Below, in pieces: positions 23,247 to 27,149 of a stretch of DNA of 27,149 nt. Source of the DNA: a virus (lineage: Duplodnaviria > Caudoviricetes); the IMG/VR virus record IMGVR_UViG_3300037467_000533, positions 1 to 27,149 of that record. The stretch is one strand, 5' to 3'. Below the pieces are notes generated by a model. The model saw only the letters and a list, made by a program, of their open reading frames with translations. It searched no databases and had not been told where the DNA came from. Within the stretch, counting starts at the first letter, position 1, and the number at the start of each line of letters is the position of its first letter. Made by a program: the position numbers and the translations under genes.

Positions 23247-23653
23247 GGGCGCCACGCCTCGTCGTAGTCGGGGTGGTCCGAGTAGACGGCGGCGAGGTAC
23301 TTCACGACGTCGGGCTGGTCGTTCTCAGCCTCTAGTTGGTCGCTGCCCTTGCCGTAGCCCCACTCCCCTTCGATCTGAAGGTGGTCGCCCCATGCGGCCT
23401 TGATGGCGGCGCGCTTGGCCTCACACTCGGCTAGGACGCGGGCCGGGTCATGGCGAGCAATGTGACGCTGGTCGATCGGAAAGTCAATCAGTCCGACCAT
23501 GACGGGAATGTCTCCATCGGCTCGGATGTTGCGCTGGCCCATCGCCTGCCCCTGCTCATCCACGGTGAGCCATCGCCATGGCCCCGGCGTTGCATCCCGC
23601 GCGTCGCACTCATCCTCGGCGATGCGGGAGAGGAGGAACTCGGTCAGCGTCAC
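23243..23653 (-). CDS. DUF6221-like actinobacterial phage protein
   Basis: L.EFL..RIAEDE..A..ATPGPW...HIARHDPARVLAECEAKR...LA.VYSDHPDY.E.W.P; GTGA overlaps at both ends. Confidence 0.82.
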   Translation of the reverse strand: MTLTEFLLSRIAEDECDARDATPGPWRWLTVDEQGQAMGQRNIRADGDIPVMVGLIDFPIDQRHIARHDPARVLAECEAKRAAIKAAWGDHLQIEGEWGYGKGSDQLEAENDQPDVVKYLAAVYSDHPDYDEAWRP

Positions 23654-24003
23654 GGTCCTGCCGCTTCCGTCTCGGAGGAGTAGTCGCCGCTCAGGGCGTT
23701 GCGAACGCGCCCCGCGACGTAGCGCACCCAAGCCTCACTCTCGGGTGTGCCGGCCATGCTCTCCCAGTTCCCGATGAGCGCCTCGATTCGCGCCACTTTG
23801 GCCCGCTCCCCGGCCAGCGCCTCCCCAACTTCCTCACCGCGCAGTCGCTCAACCTCGGCGCGCAGTTCGGCCTTGTCGGCGTCCACGTTGAGCGAGTCGC
23901 GGTCGGGCTCGGCTGGCACCCTCTTGGCGGCCTCTTGGTACGCCTCTTCGGCGGCGCGGAAGGGTGCAGGGGTCATATAGCCGAGCGGCTTGAACTCACT
24001 CAC
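23650..24003 (-). CDS. Hypothetical protein (AELRAEVERL coiled-coil module)
   Basis: GAGGAGG RBS, GTG 24003 overlapping the upstream stop. Confidence 0.7.
   Translation of the reverse strand: MSEFKPLGYMTPAPFRAAEEAYQEAAKRVPAEPDRDSLNVDADKAELRAEVERLRGEEVGEALAGERAKVARIEALIGNWESMAGTPESEAWVRYVAGRVRNALSGDYSSETEAAGP
23842..23883. repeat. 42-bp direct repeat, copy 1 (copy 2 at 24282-24323)
   Basis: cagtcgctc(a/g)acctcggcgcgcagttcggcct(tg/gc)tcggcgtc; 3 mismatches between copies. Confidence 0.85.
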
Positions 24004-24431
24004 GGCGCCTCCTCGATCCGCGGGGTGATCTTGGCGCGCACCTCGGTGGCGCAGAACCTCACCGCACGGGCGACCGCCGCGTGACGGCCGTCGTCGTTCG
24101 CGTCGGCTTCGCTCTCCCACTGCTCGGCCATGAGGGTCAGGCTCTCGCGCTCCTCGGCCAGCGCACGCTCGGCGGCGTCAATCTGGCATTGCTTCTCGGT
24201 CACCAAGTCGCGGACCTTGGCCGCGCGGCAGCCCTTGCAGGAGCCGCACATGTGTGTGTCGCAGGCGAAGGGTGCCGCCTTCAGTCGCTCGACCTCGGCG
24301 CGCAGTTCGGCCTGCTCGGCGTCAGCCACAGCCATGACGGCGTGCGCTGCGTACTCGGCCCCGAGACCTGTCGACAGGCACAGCGTCTCGGCGTATCTCT
24401 GGACTCGCTCGTCGTTGGTAACCTCAGTCAT
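24000..24431 (-). CDS. Hypothetical protein (AELRAEVERL module plus Cys/His cluster)
   Basis: AAGGAG RBS, ATG 24431; CDTHMCGSCKGC. Confidence 0.75.
   Translation of the reverse strand: MTEVTNDERVQRYAETLCLSTGLGAEYAAHAVMAVADAEQAELRAEVERLKAAPFACDTHMCGSCKGCRAAKVRDLVTEKQCQIDAAERALAEERESLTLMAEQWESEADANDDGRHAAVARAVRFCATEVRAKITPRIEEAP
24282..24323. repeat. 42-bp direct repeat, copy 2
   Basis: Matches 23842-23883 with 3 mismatches. Confidence 0.85.
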
Positions 24432-24609
24432 ATCGACTCCTTGCTAGTCGGTCACGCCCCCGGACGTTCGCCCGTCGCGGGGGTACTTCTTTGTAGGTGT
24501 ACCCAAAACTGTACCCTAACCCCCTCTAGCGCACACTAGGTTGGGAACTGCCAATCAAGCCTCTGACCTGCGCAAACGTGTTTTGCCGTGCTCCACCAGT
24601 GTACCCTAT

Positions 24610-24660
24610 CAGCGGACTCATAATCCGTCGGTCGTCGGTTCAAGTCCGACCTGCCCCACC
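24610..24660 (+). other. attP common core: 3' half of a CAU-anticodon tRNA (Met/Ile2)
   Basis: Anticodon arm gcgga[ctCATaa]tccgt, T-arm gtcgg[ttcaagt]ccgac, 3' acceptor strand ctgcccc-a-cc; no D-arm or 5' acceptor strand upstream. Confidence 0.9.
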
Positions 24661-24662
24661 CT

Positions 24663-24697
24663 GCCCCACCTGCGGAAACGCGGGTGGGGCCTTCTTC
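24663..24697 (+). terminator. Terminator for the tRNA reconstituted after integration
   Basis: gccccacctgcg[gaaa]cgcgggtggggc followed by cttcttc. Confidence 0.75.
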
Positions 24698-24729
24698 AAT
24701 CCGTAGGCTGATGTACCCATCCTTGTACC

Positions 24730-25080
24730 CTAAAGTCCTAGGCGTGCATCCAGCGCGTACTGAGCGAGGCGAGCCAACATCGCCCGAGCATCTGGCGACA
24801 GCGACGGCCACGCATCCATGAGCTGCGCCAAGTACGGGTCCATCTCACGGTGTGGACGCCCGCCGCTGACCACCCGCATAGCCGACCCGAACTCCCACCC
24901 CAGCGCCGCCTCCACGGCCGCCAGGGTCGCCGCCGAGTAGTTGGACCGACGCCCCCGCTCGAGGTCGTCCACGACGCGCACAGACACGCCGGCCGCCTTC
25001 GCGAACGCGGCACGGGACCGCCACCGCCGAGACCGCTCCGACGCGATCCGGGCAGCAAGAAGCCCCCAACCTTCAACCAT
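24730..25080 (-). CDS. XRE-family HTH regulator
   Basis: SR..FAKAAGVS.R.V.DLE.G.R..YS..TL.AVE.ALGW..GS pattern; probably leaderless from ATG 25080 (CAGGCT 6 nt upstream); stop lies on an attP arm repeat. Confidence 0.85.
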   Translation of the reverse strand: MVEGWGLLAARIASERSRRWRSRAAFAKAAGVSVRVVDDLERGRRSNYSAATLAAVEAALGWEFGSAMRVVSGGRPHREMDPYLAQLMDAWPSLSPDARAMLARLAQYALDARLGL

Positions 25081-25147
25081 GACGGAAGCCTGTCGGGGGC
25101 CACTTCGCACCCGCAGCCGACGGGCCGCAAATGCAGGTAAATGCTTG

Positions 25148-25339
25148 TTAAGTCATGGTCCGAATACGCACCGACTCACCAGAGGGACTGGCCGTCGCAG
25201 TGCCGGCCCGATCCTCCTTGTACGCGAACAGCGGGCAACGCTCACCCGTCTCGCACAGGCACCGGCCACACATCTCGCGCACCATCGCCTGGACTGCGGC
25301 AGCCCTTGCAGGCTCCCACTCCCTCTCACACCGCTTCAT
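25148..25339 (-). CDS. Small Cys-cluster hypothetical protein (63 aa)
   Basis: CGRCLC-x5-CPL; purine-rich upstream region; lies between the two HTH genes in the same orientation. Confidence 0.55.
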   Translation of the reverse strand: MKRCEREWEPARAAAVQAMVREMCGRCLCETGERCPLFAYKEDRAGTATASPSGESVRIRTMT

Positions 25340-25502
25340 GCCTTACTCATCCCTGCCCCGTGAGGCGATCCCTGACCTACCCGGCTTGACCGACTGCCCC
25401 ATAAGGACACCACGGGGAAGCGACACTCGTACCCGCCAATGCGGACTTAACGGGCTTACTCACGAGAAATGGTCCGAAGTGACCATAACTGGCGACAAGT
25501 GA

Positions 25503-25916
25503 CTAGTCACCGACGACGGGCAGGCCTAGCGTCCTCGCGAGATCGCGCATCATCCGGTCAGCGTCATCCGGGTCCAGCACACGGAGCCGCTGCTCAACCA
25601 TGAACGCGAACGTCGCGATCCGGTCAGTCGCATGAATGAGCGAGTCCTCCTCGTCCTGCAACAGCGCATCGTCCCAGTCCGCACGATCGTCGACCAGCAG
25701 GCTCATCGACGTCCCCGCCCTCCAACGCAGCGCGGCGTCGAGCTGCTCGAGGAACTTCCGGTGACGCACCGACGGGTCGCCCGTCTCGTCCTTCAGCTTG
25801 TAGAACCAGGCCGGCGATGGTCCCCCGGCCGCGGCGAGCCCCGCCACGGTGTACCCCAAGTGCTTGCGTCGCGCGTCGGCGATGCGGTGCAGGCGGCGCC
25901 ATGTTGTCTCATTCAC
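25503..25916 (-). CDS. Immunity repressor candidate (HTH)
   Basis: W.RL....ARR..LG.T...LA..GGPS....KL......L..LD.AL.W..G pattern of actinophage repressors; divergent from the Cro/Xis-like gene. Start uncertain (25916 leaderless after TGcCACCAT, or 25925/25952); the 310-aa track ORF is overextended. Confidence 0.78.
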   Translation of the reverse strand: MNETTWRRLHRIADARRKHLGYTVAGLAAAGGPSPAWFYKLKDETGDPSVRHRKFLEQLDAALRWRAGTSMSLLVDDRADWDDALLQDEEDSLIHATDRIATFAFMVEQRLRVLDPDDADRMMRDLARTLGLPVVGD

Positions 25917-26016
25917 GAGACACATGGTGGCAGGCGTTGTTGTCGCGGACATACCTAATGGTTGCGTACCACCACCGTCTTGATACGCCCTTGACCAAAC
26001 TTTTTCCGCAACGTGG

Positions 26017-26050
26017 TGGACAAGTCTCCAAGTTGTGTCTAAGTTGGACG
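26017..26050 (+). promoter_or_regulatory. Rightward early promoter with overlapping operator-like repeats
   Basis: TGGACA-N17-TAAGTT, 7 nt before ATG 26053 (leaderless); tc(c/t)aagttg occurs twice; imperfect palindrome GTCTAAGTTGGAC covers the -10. Confidence 0.62.
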
Positions 26051-26052
26051 TC

Positions 26053-26250
26053 ATGAACCCCAACACACTCACCGTTAGTGTGCGAGACGCGGCACTTGCG
26101 ACATCCCTCTCAGAGTTCGAAGTTCGGAAGCTCGTCAACGACGGAACGCTGCCCGCCCGCCGCAACGGTCGCCGAGTCCTCATCGAGTACTCGGGCCTGG
26201 AGGCATACATCCGGTCCCTGCCTCTCGTCGTCCAGTCGGACGCATCATGA
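26053..26250 (+). CDS. Excisionase/Cro-like HTH_17 DNA-binding protein
   Basis: SV.DAA....LS...VRKLV.DG.LPARR.GRRVLI....LEAY motif. Confidence 0.85.
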   Translation: MNPNTLTVSVRDAALATSLSEFEVRKLVNDGTLPARRNGRRVLIEYSGLEAYIRSLPLVVQSDAS

Positions 26251-26477
26251 GCGCTCTCATCCGCTCCCTCTGGCTTGTCGCTGTCAACCGCCCCATCGAT
26301 GGCGAGCGGTTCGACCGCCACGACATGTGGGCGCTGACGCGCCCCTACTGGACCCACACGATCTTCACCACCGCCGAGGCTTGCGGCTGCCGCAAGCGGT
26401 TCGGTCTCTGGAACACCATCTACTGCGCCGACCACGTCTTCGGCCCGCGGATCAAGTGCGCCGAGCGTGCATCGTGA
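26247..26477 (+). CDS. Hypothetical protein (CGC...C..H)
   Basis: ATGA overlap with the upstream gene. Confidence 0.65.
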   Translation: MSALIRSLWLVAVNRPIDGERFDRHDMWALTRPYWTHTIFTTAEACGCRKRFGLWNTIYCADHVFGPRIKCAERAS

Positions 26478-26761
26478 CGGCCTACACGCCGGCTGACGTC
26501 GCGGCCCTCACGTCGGTGACGTGCCGCAAGCAGCACGGCCTCGGCGCTCCTGAGCAGCCGTGTTTCGGGTGCCGGGCGAGCGCTGAGCGGCTGCTTGATG
26601 TGGTCGCCGACGGCATCGCCCACCGCGCCAAGACCGAGGCTCTGCGCGGGGCCGCCGACGCGCTGCACGACCCGGCGTGTTCCGGCTGTGCCGACTCGCC
26701 GCACATCGCCGCAGCCGCTTGGCTCCGCAACCGCGCCGACTCTCTCGAGCGCGCCATCTAA
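26474..26761 (+). CDS. Hypothetical protein with C-x3-H and C-x2-C motifs
   Basis: GTGA overlap; AKTEALR.AAD...AAWLRNRAD.LE module common in actinophage early genes. Confidence 0.7.
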   Translation: MTAYTPADVAALTSVTCRKQHGLGAPEQPCFGCRASAERLLDVVADGIAHRAKTEALRGAADALHDPACSGCADSPHIAAAAWLRNRADSLERAI

Positions 26762-26764
26762 GCA

Positions 26765-26815
26765 CCGTCGCGCCGGGATGTTCCTTCATCCCCCCCGCTG
26801 GCCCCGGCGCGACGG
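26765..26815 (+). other. Intergenic 13-bp perfect stem with a pyrimidine-rich loop
   Basis: ccgtcgcgccggg / cccggcgcgacgg enclosing atgttccttcatcccccccgctggc. Confidence 0.7.
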
Positions 26816-26889
26816 CCCCTTTCCAGCAAGAAGGGCTGCCACAGGTTCCAGCCCCGGCAGCCCAACTCACTCACCTAGGAGTCTACTCA

Positions 26890-27149
26890 ATGAGCACCAG
26901 AAGCGTCACTACGCAGACCGAGTTCGACCAGGCCGTCAAGGATGGCGTCGACTACATCGACATCGTGTCCGAGGCGGGCGTGTGGATTGCGGTCAGGGCC
27001 TACGACTCGGCCACGGTCAGGGCCTCCGGCTCGGCCACGGTCACGGCCTCCGGCTCGGCCACGGTCAGGGCCTCCGGCTCGGCCACGGTCACGGCCTACG
27101 ACTCGGCCACGGTCACGGCCTCCGGCTCGGCCACGGTCAGGGCCTCCGG
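26890..27149 (+). CDS. Octapeptide-repeat protein (partial; runs off the window)
   Basis: TAGGAG RBS, ATG 26890; MSTRSVTTQTEFDQAVKDG...W followed by V(R/T)A(YD/SG)SAT repeats; no stop before the window end. Confidence 0.85.
   Translation, partial: MSTRSVTTQTEFDQAVKDGVDYIDIVSEAGVWIAVRAYDSATVRASGSATVTASGSATVRASGSATVTAYDSATVTASGSATVRAS
26992..27149 (+). repeat. 24-bp tandem repeat (about 6.6 copies visible)
   Basis: gtca(g/c)ggcct(acga/ccgg)ctcggccacg repeated without spacers. Confidence 0.97.

Larger units (their letters stand above)
24498..24730 (+). repeat. Integrase arm-type binding repeats (TGTACCC x5) of attP
   Basis: TGTACCC at 24498, 24510, 24600, 24712 and 24724; the outer copies form two pairs with identical 12-bp spacing flanking the core. 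Confidence 0.8.
1..27149. mobile_element. Temperate actinobacteriophage (siphovirus) genome segment, unintegrated form
   Basis: Canonical head-tail-lysis-integrase-repressor synteny, high GC, tape measure and no sheath gene; attP core flanked by phage genes on both sides; no host genes seen. Confidence 0.95.

Noticed and set aside
24585-24662. Intact phage-encoded tRNA
   Set aside because: Only the anticodon arm through the 3' acceptor strand is present; upstream sequence has no D-arm or complementary 5' strand. It is better explained as the attP core.
24610-25080. Integration-dependent immunity (attP inside the repressor gene)
   Set aside because: The HTH gene stops at 24730, about 70 bp before the core, so integration would not truncate it; the integrase also retains an N-terminal arm-binding domain.
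25917-26435. 310-aa version of the repressor given in the ORF track
   Set aside because: The extension overlaps two credible + strand genes and the divergent promoter region; HTH similarity begins only near 25916.
26992-27149. CRISPR array or DGR variable region
   Set aside because: The units are contiguous with no unique spacers and are in frame within a CDS. No cas or reverse transcriptase gene and no template repeat is visible, and one variable site is G/C rather than adenine-specific.

Overview
About 27 kb of a high-GC temperate siphovirus of Actinobacteria, in unintegrated (virion or excised) form because attP is intact with phage genes on both sides. From left to right it carries terminase small and large subunits, portal, MuF-like protein, scaffold, major capsid, head-tail connectors, major tail, and a tail assembly chaperone pair with a -1 frameshift (CCCAAAA). 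These are followed by tape measure, Dit, a beta-helix tailspike, fibre proteins, a baseplate hub (Tal-like) protein, a self-contained AlpA-HTH/Cys-rich mini-cassette, and a lysis cassette (CHAP endolysin, holin, several tiny ORFs). The right part holds a leftward operon ending in a tyrosine integrase, attP (3' half of a CAU-anticodon tRNA plus TGTACCC arm repeats), two XRE-type regulators, a divergent excisionase/Cro-like gene, and early genes, ending inside a 24-bp tandem-repeat gene. Most notable: (1) an OmpA-like peptidoglycan-binding domain nested inside a CBM-like domain inside the hub protein; (2) a 31-aa ORF that is a signal peptide plus a 7-residue tail (GGYWGGV); (3) paired CAGGN-loop hairpins over the ribosome-binding sites of head genes; (4) extra domains grafted onto the capsid, head-tail adaptor and tail tube; (5) an integrase separated from attP by three accessory genes. 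All family assignments come from motif recognition by eye; no searches were run.
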